Of a DNA stretch of 51,774 nucleotides, positions 1-10,223 are shown piece after piece. Each line of letters begins with the position of its first letter. Position 1 is the first letter of the stretch. Origin of the DNA: Clostridium sp. CAG:288 (lineage in GTDB: Bacteria; Bacillota_I; Bacilli_A; RFN20; CAG-288); assembly GCA_000437395.1 (NCBI GenBank), contig FR898170.1, positions 1 to 51,774 of the forward strand, written 5' to 3'. The position numbers and the translations under genes are program-made. Under the pieces are notes generated by a model that was not told where the DNA came from, did no database searches, and saw only the letters and a list, made by a program, of their open reading frames with translations.

Positions 1-101
1 TTAGTCGACCCCATAAAACCCCATAAGATTCAACAGAGCCCAAATTTTAATGCTTCCTTTATTTTTACAGGGTGCAAAAACCGTTTTTCTAGGAGGTAAA
101 T

Positions 102-1433
102 ATGAATACGAAATTATTATCTAAATGTTTATTGAGTGCTTGTTTGACATTTGCTTTAACTTCAACTGCTACATCTTGCGGCGGAAACAACGGTGGAAAC
201 AATGGCTCTAACAGTACTCCAATTACTGATTCAAGCGGTAACGTTTTAAAAGATGAAGAAATCTCTATTTGGTGGCCAAGTGGTAAAGCACTTCAAAAAA
301 TAATGAATAATGCCATTAGCGAATACACAACTTTACACCCAAATATTAAAGTTAAGGTCGTTAAGAAGGCTGGCTTAGATGTCTATGACGCTTATAAGCT
401 TGCTTTAAACGATAACAAGGCTAGACCTGATATTGCTATTTTGGACCATGTCTATGTTCAAGCATTAGCTCATGACAATCAATTAGCAGACTTATCTGAA
501 CTTGGTTCTGATGTAGATACAAAAGATATTTTCCCATCATCTGTCTATTCAGCTAACGTTTATAACAACAAAAACTATGGCTTACCTTTATCAGCTAACA
601 CAGTTATCTTGATGTATAACAAAGATATTTTAAAGCAAGCTGGATACGTTGATGCTAATGGTGAAGCCAAAGCACCAAAGACATATACAGAATTATTAGA
701 AGCTTGTGAAATGGTAAAGACTAATACTGATTACACACCTTTTGCTCAACCAATTAACAACTCGTTTGCAGCAATGGAATTTGCAAGCTATGTTGGTCGT
801 GTCGGTGGAAATATTGTATCGAGCGATTCTAAACAAGTTTTATTAGATAGTAAAGAAGTTAGAGAAGCTGTTGATGATTGGGTTAGCTTATCTAAATATG
901 CATCTCAAAACGAATATGAAGAAGGTAAGTTCTACACAGGCAAAATTGCCTTCATTGAAATGGGATCATGGAATATTTCAAAAGTTTCAGGTTCAACTTC
1001 AATATTTAATTGTGGATTTACTGAAATGGTTTCTATGAAAGAAAACGTTGAAAACTATTCTGGCTTAGGGCTTTATTCTTTCGTCGTTGCTAAAAAGTCT
1101 TCTCACACTCAAGCAGCATATGAGTTTGCTAAATACTTATCAACAAATAAAGAATTCCAAATGGCTTTTGCTCAAGAAAAGAACTTATTACCAGTTACTA
1201 ACGAATCATTAAATGATCCTTACTATACCAATGATGAAATCTTAAATGTATTCTCATCACAATTAAAGAAGGTTACTCCTCGTCCAGCTACACCAGCTTG
1301 GCCAACCTTAGAACAACAAATCGTTAATATGTTATTTAACTGCGTATCAAATCCAACAACTGATGGAATTGATTCAGCTATATCTTCAGCTCAAAAGAAA
1401 TCACAAGAAGCTACTGATCGTAAATTTAATTAG
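102..1433 (+). CDS. ABC transporter solute-binding lipoprotein (family-1 carbohydrate-binding type)
   Basis: 443-aa ORF; signal peptide plus lipobox ...LTSTATSCGGNNGG; aggagg RBS ~8 nt upstream; first gene of an SBP-permease-permease...ATPase cluster. Confidence 0.8.
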   Translation: MNTKLLSKCLLSACLTFALTSTATSCGGNNGGNNGSNSTPITDSSGNVLKDEEISIWWPSGKALQKIMNNAISEYTTLHPNIKVKVVKKAGLDVYDAYKLALNDNKARPDIAILDHVYVQALAHDNQLADLSELGSDVDTKDIFPSSVYSANVYNNKNYGLPLSANTVILMYNKDILKQAGYVDANGEAKAPKTYTELLEACEMVKTNTDYTPFAQPINNSFAAMEFASYVGRVGGNIVSSDSKQVLLDSKEVREAVDDWVSLSKYASQNEYEEGKFYTGKIAFIEMGSWNISKVSGSTSIFNCGFTEMVSMKENVENYSGLGLYSFVVAKKSSHTQAAYEFAKYLSTNKEFQMAFAQEKNLLPVTNESLNDPYYTNDEILNVFSSQLKKVTPRPATPAWPTLEQQIVNMLFNCVSNPTTDGIDSAISSAQKKSQEATDRKFN

Positions 1434-1444
1434 GAGTTTATTTT

Positions 1445-2359
1445 ATGGAGAATAAGCCTATTGTCGATTCTTTAAAAACAAAGAAGAAAAGGAATTTCTT
1501 TAAGAAAGATGAAAAGATAGCTTATGCATTACTCGCATTTCCTATATTCTGGTGGTGCATTTTCTTCTTATATGCTTTTGTAAAAGCAATTTTCTTCTCT
1601 TTTACAGATTTAGGTATCGACATTTCAATGATACATAAAATATCATTAGATAACTACGCTAGACTATTTACTGATGAAGTATTTGGAATAGCTTTAAGAA
1701 ACACATTAATTTGGACCTTAGCAACAACGTTCTTTAACAATTTATTTGGACTATTAATTGCTTATTTAATTACTAAGATGAAAAGAGGTCAAAAATTATT
1801 CTTAACGTTATTATTCTGGCCAACTTTGGTCTCTGCAGTTATTAGTTCTGATATTACAAAAGTAATTTTCTCACCATCTGATACTGGTATTATGAATACC
1901 ATCATTCAGTTCTTTGGTGGAAAACCATTAGCTTGGTATAACGATCCAAAACTATCGTTAATTACTTTAATGATTATTCCAACTTTATTGGGATTCTCAA
2001 CACAAATGATGATTTATTATGTCGCTATTAAAGGCATAAATAAAGATTATCTAGAAGCTGCTAAGGTTGATGGAGCCAGCAACTTCCAAATATTTAAATC
2101 TATTTACTTACCATTAATTACTAAAGCGTTAAACTATAACATTGTTTTATCGATAATTGGTGGAATTAGAGTAATTGGTCCAATGCAATTGGTCAGTAAT
2201 GGTGGACCGAATTATTCATCAACTTCAGTTATTCTTTACATGTATAACAACATGACTACTGAAATGGGTTATGCGTGTACGATTGGTGTTATAACAACTA
2301 TAGTTATATTGATATTAACTTTTATACAAACAAAGTTTACAGATAAAGAGGTAATGTAA
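1445..2359 (+). CDS. ABC transporter permease (MalF/UgpA-like)
   Basis: 304 aa, multiple hydrophobic TM segments; EAA-loop motif EAAKVDGASNFQIFKSIYLP; 12-nt spacing after SBP gene. Confidence 0.8.
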   Translation: MENKPIVDSLKTKKKRNFFKKDEKIAYALLAFPIFWWCIFFLYAFVKAIFFSFTDLGIDISMIHKISLDNYARLFTDEVFGIALRNTLIWTLATTFFNNLFGLLIAYLITKMKRGQKLFLTLLFWPTLVSAVISSDITKVIFSPSDTGIMNTIIQFFGGKPLAWYNDPKLSLITLMIIPTLLGFSTQMMIYYVAIKGINKDYLEAAKVDGASNFQIFKSIYLPLITKALNYNIVLSIIGGIRVIGPMQLVSNGGPNYSSTSVILYMYNNMTTEMGYACTIGVITTIVILILTFIQTKFTDKEVM

Positions 2360-2361
2360 TT

Positions 2362-3243
2362 ATGAAAAGAGAAAAAAGAGTACTTACATTACATGAAAAA
2401 GAGTTAAAAAGGGAAAAGAGAATTGGAATAATTGTTACTACTATAATTATTATTTTCTTATCAATTCTCTCATTAGCTCAAATCTTCCCATTCTATTTAC
2501 AAATAGTAACTTCGTTACAACCAACAGATTTTACACCGATAGATGGAAAAATTTATTTGTGGCCAGTTAAAATTTGCTTTGAAAACTATAAGACAGCCTT
2601 TATTGAAGGCGATTTGTTAGTTGGTTTAAAAAATACATTAATTGTTGCACTTGGATTTATTTTCTTATCAGGATTAATCATTCTTATTGTTGGTTATGTC
2701 TTAGCTAAAAAAGAATTTAGAGGTAAAAAGATTATCTCATTTATCCTAGTCTTAACAATGATGGTTCCAGGAGAAATGTTAATGGTTACTAACTTCCAAT
2801 TAGTTTCTAAATTAAACTGGACTTCTTCTTACGCATCGTTAATTTTGCCAGGTATTGTTAACGTTACTGGTATATTCCTAGTCAAATCCTTTATGGATAA
2901 CGTGCCTAACTCAGTATTGGAAGCTGCTAAATTAGATGGTGCAAACGAATTAACCATAATTCTAAAATTTGTATTGCCAATGGTTTTACCAGTTATGGCT
3001 ACTTATTTTATTCTTACCTTTGTAGCTCAATGGAACGACTACTTATGGCCAATGCTTGTTACTGGAGACGATGCTTTATTTACTATTCAATTAAAGCTTA
3101 TGTATTTCCAAAGTAATGGTGGCTTTGAAGAAACTGTTCTTCGTTCTGCTGCATTGATTACTACTTTAGTTCCTGTCGTTATTGTCTATTGTTGCTGCCA
3201 AAAACAATTCGTTGGTGGCTTAAATTTCTCAGGTGTTAAGTAA
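2362..3243 (+). CDS. ABC transporter permease (MalG/UgpE-like)
   Basis: 293 aa, TM-rich; EAA-loop motif EAAKLDGANELTIILKFVLP; 3-nt gap to preceding permease. Confidence 0.8.
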   Translation: MKREKRVLTLHEKELKREKRIGIIVTTIIIIFLSILSLAQIFPFYLQIVTSLQPTDFTPIDGKIYLWPVKICFENYKTAFIEGDLLVGLKNTLIVALGFIFLSGLIILIVGYVLAKKEFRGKKIISFILVLTMMVPGEMLMVTNFQLVSKLNWTSSYASLILPGIVNVTGIFLVKSFMDNVPNSVLEAAKLDGANELTIILKFVLPMVLPVMATYFILTFVAQWNDYLWPMLVTGDDALFTIQLKLMYFQSNGGFEETVLRSAALITTLVPVVIVYCCCQKQFVGGLNFSGVK

Positions 3244-5617
3244 TATGGAGGACAAAATGAAACACTTAAAATTCAAGAATTTACTCTTATTCGTAGCTAT
3301 TACTACTGGACTTGCAAGCTGTGGCGGAAACAATTCCAATACATCAAGTTCAACAAGTAACAGTGGAGGAGGTGAAACTCCTATCTCATCAAGTTCGACA
3401 AGCAGTTCTGGTTCGACTTTAGATTCATCAACTTCTTCAACAAATACAGGAGATACAGAACAAATGATTAAAGAAGGCGTTTATTATAGATCACCAAAAA
3501 TTGCTAGTAAGGTTTATGTCGTTGATGCTCGTAAGCTTACAAAAGCTGAAAGAATAATGTTAGTTTCTTTACAAGGAATTTTGGCTCAAGAAGAATCGAC
3601 AATTTACTTTAAAAATGTCGGTGAAGATAAAGAGTTCTTTGAACAAATTCAAAACAGTTCCACATTTGAAGTAATTTATGAAGATGATGCTTGGAAACTT
3701 GTTGATTTATTTAAAAACAAGATTAACTCTAAGAGATTTGTTTCGTTTACTTCTATTGATACATCAGGTTTTGCCTATGATTTATCTATTAACCACGCTG
3801 CCACAATTTCAGGTGTTGAAAAGTGGTTGATGGTTGAATCGACAATCGTTCCAAAAGCATTGGAACACGGATTGATTTTCGGTAAAGATGCCACTTCTTA
3901 TACTACTCGTAGCGTCTTTGAAGAATATAAAGATTATTTAAATCCACAATTTATTATTCACCAAAATCCAAGCAAAGTAGAATTAAGAGACTACGGTATT
4001 GCTGGTGCAGCTTTGTGTGTATACACAGACTATGAAAAGAACGATACTTCAATTTTCTCAGATATCGCTGACTGGGCAAATGAAAATGCTCCAATCATTG
4101 GTTGGACAGAAAACGAAATTAACTTCGTTTCAATGAACTCATTAAAATCATTAGTCACATTAGCTGCTGACTGGTCAAGTAACTTGAGTTTTGAATCTGC
4201 TTATCGTCCAGCAGATAAAATTACTAAAAAGAATTATGAAAATACAGAAGTTAAAGCTGAAAAAGGTAAACATTACGTTGCAATAGTCATGTCTGATGGC
4301 GATAACGTTCAATGGATGCAAAGAGGCTTTGCTAGTGATTCAAGATGGTATGGTTCTTCTAAGAGAGGACAATTCCCAATGACTTGGACAGTCTCTCCAG
4401 GCTTAGTCGATTTATCACCAGCTCTTCTTGAATCTGTCTATGAACGTGGTACAGCTAAAGATGATTTCATCGCTGGCCCAAGTGGATTAGGTTATGTCAA
4501 CATTGCTGAATATAACGAATCTTCATTAGAAGATTATGCAGCTAAAACGGCTGGATATTTAGAAAGAAGTGATATTACAAGTATTAACTTCTTAGATAAC
4601 TTCATTGATTCAGATAGACTTTCCTACTTTAGTCAATATAGTCAAGTACATGGCGGTATTTGGTCAGTAGGTAATATGTACTTAGAAGGTGAAGGCGGTG
4701 TTTATTGGTCTAACGACAAGCCATTCATTTCAGTCCGTGATACTTTATGGAGAATTCCAGGATCTTTAAGCAACGATTATTATGGTTACACAGAACGTGT
4801 TGCTCAAAGAATTAATGAATATTCAACTGATCCAACAAAGATTGAAGGTTATAGCGTAGTTTTATGTCACGCTTGGTCAATTGGAACAATGGAATATATT
4901 TCTAGATTTGTTCAACAATTGGATGATCACGTTGAACTTGTTACTGTAGATCAAATGGTCGATATGGTAGCTAAGAATGTCGCTCACGAAGATGTCGATA
5001 CTTTAGACGATATCAAGCCAAGTGATATTAAAGAATTATGTACTATTGATTCAACTCCTATCTATTACAAACAAATTAAAGATTATCCAACAACAGACTT
5101 AAGAGAATTCCACTTTAAGAACAAAGATGATTTAGGCGGTTGGAGCTTAAATTGTGGCGGACTTGAATATGATAAGTGCGCCTGGAACAACTGGTCTTCC
5201 GAAGGTACAGGTTCTATCTTATTAGATGGTTCTGATTTAGATGATAGAGAAGATGCTATTCCAAATTCCTATATCTATAACAAATTCGATTTAACATCAG
5301 CTGATAAATACTTCAAGATTAAAGTTAAAGGCGGTTCTAACGCTGATACAAACTTCAGAGTTATAGTCTTAGTTGAAGATGAAAGTGAAAAGAGCGGTGC
5401 TAAAACATATCACTTAACTGATGGTTATCCAGAAGGTGCACAAATTAATGAACATGGTTACTATTTACGTAAAGATGGTAGCAATGTTACTGAGTACACA
5501 TTCTCATTAGAAGCTTTTGCTGGAAAGCACGTTGCAATCTTAGTTGAACAAGATGATAACGGCGATGGTTCTGGCGAACAAATTTATATCGACTCAATTA
5601 TAATTGGAAATAATTAA
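3233..5617 (+). CDS. large surface lipoprotein of the sugar-uptake operon, function unknown (possible carbohydrate-active protein)
   Basis: 794 aa; lipobox LASCGGNNSNTSS; Ser/Thr-rich linker; overlaps upstream gene by 11 nt so co-transcribed with the ABC transporter; no catalytic motif confidently recognised. Confidence 0.5.
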   Translation: MLSNMEDKMKHLKFKNLLLFVAITTGLASCGGNNSNTSSSTSNSGGGETPISSSSTSSSGSTLDSSTSSTNTGDTEQMIKEGVYYRSPKIASKVYVVDARKLTKAERIMLVSLQGILAQEESTIYFKNVGEDKEFFEQIQNSSTFEVIYEDDAWKLVDLFKNKINSKRFVSFTSIDTSGFAYDLSINHAATISGVEKWLMVESTIVPKALEHGLIFGKDATSYTTRSVFEEYKDYLNPQFIIHQNPSKVELRDYGIAGAALCVYTDYEKNDTSIFSDIADWANENAPIIGWTENEINFVSMNSLKSLVTLAADWSSNLSFESAYRPADKITKKNYENTEVKAEKGKHYVAIVMSDGDNVQWMQRGFASDSRWYGSSKRGQFPMTWTVSPGLVDLSPALLESVYERGTAKDDFIAGPSGLGYVNIAEYNESSLEDYAAKTAGYLERSDITSINFLDNFIDSDRLSYFSQYSQVHGGIWSVGNMYLEGEGGVYWSNDKPFISVRDTLWRIPGSLSNDYYGYTERVAQRINEYSTDPTKIEGYSVVLCHAWSIGTMEYISRFVQQLDDHVELVTVDQMVDMVAKNVAHEDVDTLDDIKPSDIKELCTIDSTPIYYKQIKDYPTTDLREFHFKNKDDLGGWSLNCGGLEYDKCAWNNWSSEGTGSILLDGSDLDDREDAIPNSYIYNKFDLTSADKYFKIKVKGGSNADTNFRVIVLVEDESEKSGAKTYHLTDGYPEGAQINEHGYYLRKDGSNVTEYTFSLEAFAGKHVAILVEQDDNGDGSGEQIYIDSIIIGNN

Positions 5618-5639
5618 AAATAAATGAAAGGAGCTAATT

Positions 5640-8009
5640 ATGAAAAATAGCAAAAAAATCATTCCATTAGTAATTATGGCTAGTACTTTGTTATTTGGTT
5701 GTCAAAATAACAAAGAGTCATCTTCAAGTAGTAGTTCGTCGTCTTCTAATACTCCAATTTCTTCTAGTACTACACCTATCAGTAGTGTTAGTACACCTAG
5801 TAGTACTCCTACACCATCAAGTTCTTCTTCAACAATTGAGGCTACTAAATTAGCAGCTCCAGTTATTTCCAGAAACGATTTAATAGTCTCATGGGATAAA
5901 GTTCCAAATGCTGAAAAATATGAAGTTTATATCAATGGTGAACTTGATTCCACACAAATAATGAACAAATATGAAATACCTCTTACCGCAAGTGATATTC
6001 GTATTGTTGTCTATGCAATTTCAAGCAATGAATTATTCTTAAAATCTGATGCATCAAATGAACTTGCTTATAAGGCTCCAACATCACTTTCAGCCCCGGT
6101 TATTTCTATGACTGGAAACGTCGTTTCTTGGGCTGAAGTTGAAAATGCTAGAGAATATTCCGTTTATATTAACGGAGAATACATCACTCGTACAACTGAA
6201 ACATCATATACAATTAACAGCGCTGATTTAGGTGCTTATTCTATTTACGTTACAGCAAACTATGGTTCTTTAACAAGTGAACATTCTAACGTTCTTACAT
6301 ATAAGAACTTACCAGAAAAGATTTCTACAAGAACAACATATGATCGTGCTGCAATGTATGAAGATTTTGCTACAACTGGTGAAATTGATACTGGTGTCGG
6401 TGAAGGCTTCGATATGAAGAGCGGTTCTAAAGCAACATTTGCTCACGCTATCGATGAAACAACAAAGTTCTTAACAGTTTCAATTCGTGTTTTCCATCGT
6501 GATGGTGAAACATACCCAAGCTTCTCAGTTAAGGTTGACGGTGAAATTGTTAGAGCTGAAGGTGCAGACAAAGATACAGTTACAGTTGAAACAGATGCTA
6601 GCCAAACATTTGTCTATGACTTATCATCTAAAGTTGGTGAAACAGTATTTATTGAATTTGCCGAAGCTGCAGCTACACACTGCGTTTTAACACAAGTTAA
6701 ATTTATTGAAAGCATGGGAGCTAAACACTCTGATAACACTTCATGGGATCGTACAGGTTTATATGATGAATGGTACATGGAAGGTGAAATCAAAACTGGT
6801 GTCGGCGAAGGCTTAGACTTAGCAGGCTCTGGTAAAGCTTCTATTAAAGTAACACCAAAAGAAGAAACAAAACTCTTAAACGTTACTTTCAGACAATTTG
6901 AAAATCAAGATTCAGTTAAAGCTAGAGTTCAAGTTACAGTAAACGATAAAGTTATCCGTGCTACTGGAACAGATACAGATTACGCTGAAGGTGAAATTAA
7001 CGATACAAGATATGTCTTCTGTTATGACTTATCTGAATATGTCGGCAAAGAAGTTAAGATTACTATCGCATCTGTTGCTGAGACACAACACTGTGTTATC
7101 ACAGCTGTCCAAATGAAGAATGTCGACTCTTCTTCTCACCCAGTTATCGTTCCAGATGCTCCAGAAACTACTGATTGGAATAAAGCTTCTATTATCAGCG
7201 ACTGGACAATAAGTGGTGGTTATAACTCTGGTGTCGGTGAAGGATTCGATATGCAATCTGGTTGTACTATCTCTAAAGAACTTGCAGTTACAAGTGCTCA
7301 AAAATATTTAAACATCTCAGCACGTATGTTCGTTTCACAAGATACAGATCAACCTGAACTTGTCGTTAAAGTTAACGATACAATCGTCAAAGGTGTCGGT
7401 ATTGGTAACGACTATACAAGCGTTATCTTAAGCGATAAGGGATATGTCTATACATATGACTTATCTGCATATGTCGGCCAAACAGTAACTGTTTCAATTA
7501 ATCAAAGAAAGTCTGGTGTCAATCACTGTGTCGTTCAAAAGATTTCATTAAGCAGCACTGATGATCACACAATCTTTGCTCAACCAGAAGGCGTTAAACA
7601 ATTCTGGACTAAGGCTGATATTATTTCTGACTGGAATAGAACAGCTGGCAACTTCAACGAAGGTGTTGGAGAAGGCTATGATATGCAAGCAGGCTGTACA
7701 CTTGAAAAAGAAATTACAGTTACAGAAGATTGCAAGTATTTAAACATCCAAGTTCGTATGTTTAACGGTCAAGACACAAATAATCCACATCTCGCATTAA
7801 AAGTTGGTGACAGTTATGTCAAAGTTGTTGGTACAAACGACAATTATGCTAACATCCAAATTAGAGACGATGGTAGAGTTTATACATATGACTTATCAGC
7901 TTATGTTGGTCAAACTATTACAGTTACTTTAGTTCAAGAACAAGCTGAAGTAAACCACTGCGTCTTACAATTTATTTCATTACAAGGACAAGATATTCAC
8001 AATAACTAA
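5640..8009 (+). CDS. surface lipoprotein with two Fn3-like modules and four tandem ~125-aa repeat domains
   Basis: 789 aa; lipobox LLFGCQNN; poly-Ser/Thr linker; duplicated APVIS..VSW..V.NA..Y.VYINGE segments; four repeats each containing GVGEG(F/L/Y)D(M/L) and a distal HCV motif. Confidence 0.6.
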   Translation: MKNSKKIIPLVIMASTLLFGCQNNKESSSSSSSSSSNTPISSSTTPISSVSTPSSTPTPSSSSSTIEATKLAAPVISRNDLIVSWDKVPNAEKYEVYINGELDSTQIMNKYEIPLTASDIRIVVYAISSNELFLKSDASNELAYKAPTSLSAPVISMTGNVVSWAEVENAREYSVYINGEYITRTTETSYTINSADLGAYSIYVTANYGSLTSEHSNVLTYKNLPEKISTRTTYDRAAMYEDFATTGEIDTGVGEGFDMKSGSKATFAHAIDETTKFLTVSIRVFHRDGETYPSFSVKVDGEIVRAEGADKDTVTVETDASQTFVYDLSSKVGETVFIEFAEAAATHCVLTQVKFIESMGAKHSDNTSWDRTGLYDEWYMEGEIKTGVGEGLDLAGSGKASIKVTPKEETKLLNVTFRQFENQDSVKARVQVTVNDKVIRATGTDTDYAEGEINDTRYVFCYDLSEYVGKEVKITIASVAETQHCVITAVQMKNVDSSSHPVIVPDAPETTDWNKASIISDWTISGGYNSGVGEGFDMQSGCTISKELAVTSAQKYLNISARMFVSQDTDQPELVVKVNDTIVKGVGIGNDYTSVILSDKGYVYTYDLSAYVGQTVTVSINQRKSGVNHCVVQKISLSSTDDHTIFAQPEGVKQFWTKADIISDWNRTAGNFNEGVGEGYDMQAGCTLEKEITVTEDCKYLNIQVRMFNGQDTNNPHLALKVGDSYVKVVGTNDNYANIQIRDDGRVYTYDLSAYVGQTITVTLVQEQAEVNHCVLQFISLQGQDIHNN

Positions 8010-8045
8010 TTACTAATCTTATTAGTTCTAAATAAAGGAGAATTT

Positions 8046-9149
8046 ATGGCAACACTAAAATTTAACAATATATGCAAGGTTTATGGAAAAGATACTGTTG
8101 CAGTAAAAGATTTTAATTTAGAAGTAAAAGATCATGAGTTTATAGTCTTTGTTGGTCCATCTGGTTGTGGTAAATCGACGACATTAAGAATGTTAGCTGG
8201 CCTTGAAGAGATTTCTTCAGGCGAGCTATACATTGATGATGTTTTAATCAACGACGTGCAACCTAAAAAGCGTGATATAGCTATGGTTTTCCAAAGCTAC
8301 GCTTTATATCCACATATGACTGTATATGAAAATATGGCTTTTGCTTTAAAAATTAGAAAAATACCTAAGGCAGAAATTGATGAAAGAGTAAAAGAAGTTG
8401 CCTCTATTCTTGGCTTAACTGAGTACTTAAATAGAAAGCCAAAAGCTTTATCTGGTGGTCAATGTCAAAGAGTCGCTTTAGGCCGCGCTATTGTTAGAAG
8501 GCCAAAAGTATTCTTAATGGATGAGCCTTTATCAAATTTGGATGCTAAACTTCGTGTCACAATGCGTGAAGAGATTATTAGAATTCACGAAAAAGTCGGA
8601 GCTACAACTATCTACGTTACTCACGACCAAACTGAAGCTATGACAATGGCTTCAAGAATTGTCATTATGAAAACTGGTATCGTTCAACAAATAGGTACTC
8701 CAAAAGAAGTTTATTCCTATCCAGCTAATACTTTTGTCGCTCAATTTATCGGCTCACCATCAATGAATCTATTTAATGGCTCATACGATAATGGAAAGTT
8801 CACTTTTGATGGAACTAATTCGATAACAATTGATATTCCAAAAGAACATCAAGAAAAACTTAAAGATTATAGTGGAAAACAATTAATAGTTGGTATTCGT
8901 CCAGAAGATATATCTTTGGATCCAGCAATGCTTAAAAAATATAGTCACGATACTATTAGTATTGATTCTCAAGTTGTTGAATTATTAGGACATGACTTAG
9001 TTATTTATAGCGATGTTGATGGTCAAAAGATTATTGTTAAAACTTTAGCAGATTATGATATTAAAGCGCACCAAGATGTTAAAGTTGCAATCTGTATGAA
9101 TAAAATTCATTACTTTGATCCAGATACAACTAATCGAATTGAATTATAA
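8046..9149 (+). CDS. ABC transporter ATP-binding protein, MalK/MsmK family (sugar import ATPase)
   Basis: 367 aa; Walker A GPSGCGKST; ABC signature LSGGQCQRV; Walker B VFLMDEPLSNLD; C-terminal TOBE-like extension typical of MalK/MsiK. Confidence 0.85.
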   Translation: MATLKFNNICKVYGKDTVAVKDFNLEVKDHEFIVFVGPSGCGKSTTLRMLAGLEEISSGELYIDDVLINDVQPKKRDIAMVFQSYALYPHMTVYENMAFALKIRKIPKAEIDERVKEVASILGLTEYLNRKPKALSGGQCQRVALGRAIVRRPKVFLMDEPLSNLDAKLRVTMREEIIRIHEKVGATTIYVTHDQTEAMTMASRIVIMKTGIVQQIGTPKEVYSYPANTFVAQFIGSPSMNLFNGSYDNGKFTFDGTNSITIDIPKEHQEKLKDYSGKQLIVGIRPEDISLDPAMLKKYSHDTISIDSQVVELLGHDLVIYSDVDGQKIIVKTLADYDIKAHQDVKVAICMNKIHYFDPDTTNRIEL

Positions 9150-9212
9150 ATTACATATAACTCCCTCCTTTGGTTAACTTAAAAATAATAAATCGATTAG
9201 TTTTATAGATAA

Positions 9213-9251
9213 GCACCTAGTTTATACATATGTGTAGGCTAGGTGTTTTTG
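9213..9251 (+). terminator. rho-independent terminator after ABC ATPase gene
   Basis: stem cacctag(9214-9220)/ctaggtg(9239-9245) with internal palindrome acatatgt, followed by TTTTT. Confidence 0.6.
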
Positions 9252-9328
9252 TAATGTGTTGCAAAATAAAAAAACATACTCTATTGCAAATAATATTTAT
9301 GAATGATATTTTTGGTTAGAGGTAAAAA

Positions 9329-10123
9329 ATGAAATCATTTGAATCTGTAGGAACAATTTGTCTTAAAGGACAAAATAACTTTATTTATAAAATATGTAAA
9401 ATTACATATAGACTTTTTGAAGATGAATCTTTTGAATATGTTTTTGAACCTAATTATTTTCTAATTGATCTATTAGATTCTAAGTATTTTCAAGGAATTC
9501 CAGGACTTAATTTAGATTTAAAGAAACAAGAATATATCAGAAAGAATATTATTCCAACCTTTATTAGTGAAAGAGTACCTCAAAAGAATAGAGAAGATTT
9601 TTATGAGTTATTAGAAAAATTAAATATGAAATTTATGGATCCAATAGAATATTTAATTAGAACAGATGAACAGTATTTTGGTGATAATTTATTCGTTATT
9701 CCATATGAATCTAAAAAGAAGGTATTTATAAACAATATAAATGGTAATGAAACAAATATTTTTATAATGAAACAAATATTGGAAGCTATTTGTAATGGTG
9801 ATGATATAGTTATAAATAATGAATTAGTTTGTGACGATAATAGGAAAATTATTCACGTTATTTTAATGATTCTTTATACTAGATCCTATGAATTAAAAAA
9901 AGAAAATCAAAAAATAGGAATAGAAAAAGCTAAAAAAGCTGGTGTATATAGAGGTAGGAAACCTAAAGAAGTTGATAGAGAAAAATTAATGGAACTTCTA
10001 AGAGAAGTTGAAAGTAAGAAAATGACAGCTAAAGAAGCTGCTGCAATTTTAAATATAAGCATAGACAAATATTATAGATTAAAAAGACAAATAAATAAGT
10101 TTGGTAATACGTCAGCTTATTAA
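9329..10123 (+). CDS. DNA-binding protein with serine-recombinase (resolvase) C-terminal E-helix + HTH but no catalytic domain
   Basis: 264 aa; C-terminus ...YELKKENQKIGIEKAKKAGVYRGRKPK...TAKEAAAILNIS... resembles resolvase/invertase E-helix + GRKPK + HTH; N-terminal 180 aa lacks the Y.RVST..Q catalytic Ser motif. Confidence 0.45.
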   Translation: MKSFESVGTICLKGQNNFIYKICKITYRLFEDESFEYVFEPNYFLIDLLDSKYFQGIPGLNLDLKKQEYIRKNIIPTFISERVPQKNREDFYELLEKLNMKFMDPIEYLIRTDEQYFGDNLFVIPYESKKKVFINNINGNETNIFIMKQILEAICNGDDIVINNELVCDDNRKIIHVILMILYTRSYELKKENQKIGIEKAKKAGVYRGRKPKEVDREKLMELLREVESKKMTAKEAAAILNISIDKYYRLKRQINKFGNTSAY

Positions 10124-10171
10124 ACTAGTATTAATAAAGTCTGTTAATGTTATATATTAATCCAAAATAAA

Positions 10172-10213
10172 AATCCTTTTAAAGTTTTAACTCTTTAAAA
10201 GGATTAATTTTTT
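10172..10213. terminator. bidirectional rho-independent terminator
   Basis: stem atccttttaaag(10173-10184)/ctttaaaaggat(10193-10204), A-run upstream and T-run downstream; sits between convergent genes. Confidence 0.6.
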
Positions 10214-10223
10214 CAGGTATTAA

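Noticed and set aside
60-100. cre (CcpA) catabolite-responsive element upstream of the sugar-binding protein gene (tgcaaaaaccgttttt)
   Set aside because: Does not align to the TGWAANCGNTNWCA consensus (central CG misplaced).
5700-5830. Poly-Ser/Thr linker coding tracts as slipped-strand SSR phase-variation sites
   Set aside because: Encoded by mixed Ser/Thr codons (tct/agt/tcg/tca/act...) rather than a pure simple-sequence repeat; length change would be in-frame at best.
6487-7743. Short ORFs 6487..6690 (+), 7029..7301 (-), 7561..7743 (+) inside the 789-aa lipoprotein gene
   Set aside because: Fully nested in or antisense to a long, motif-rich ORF; low-complexity translations; treated as six-frame noise.
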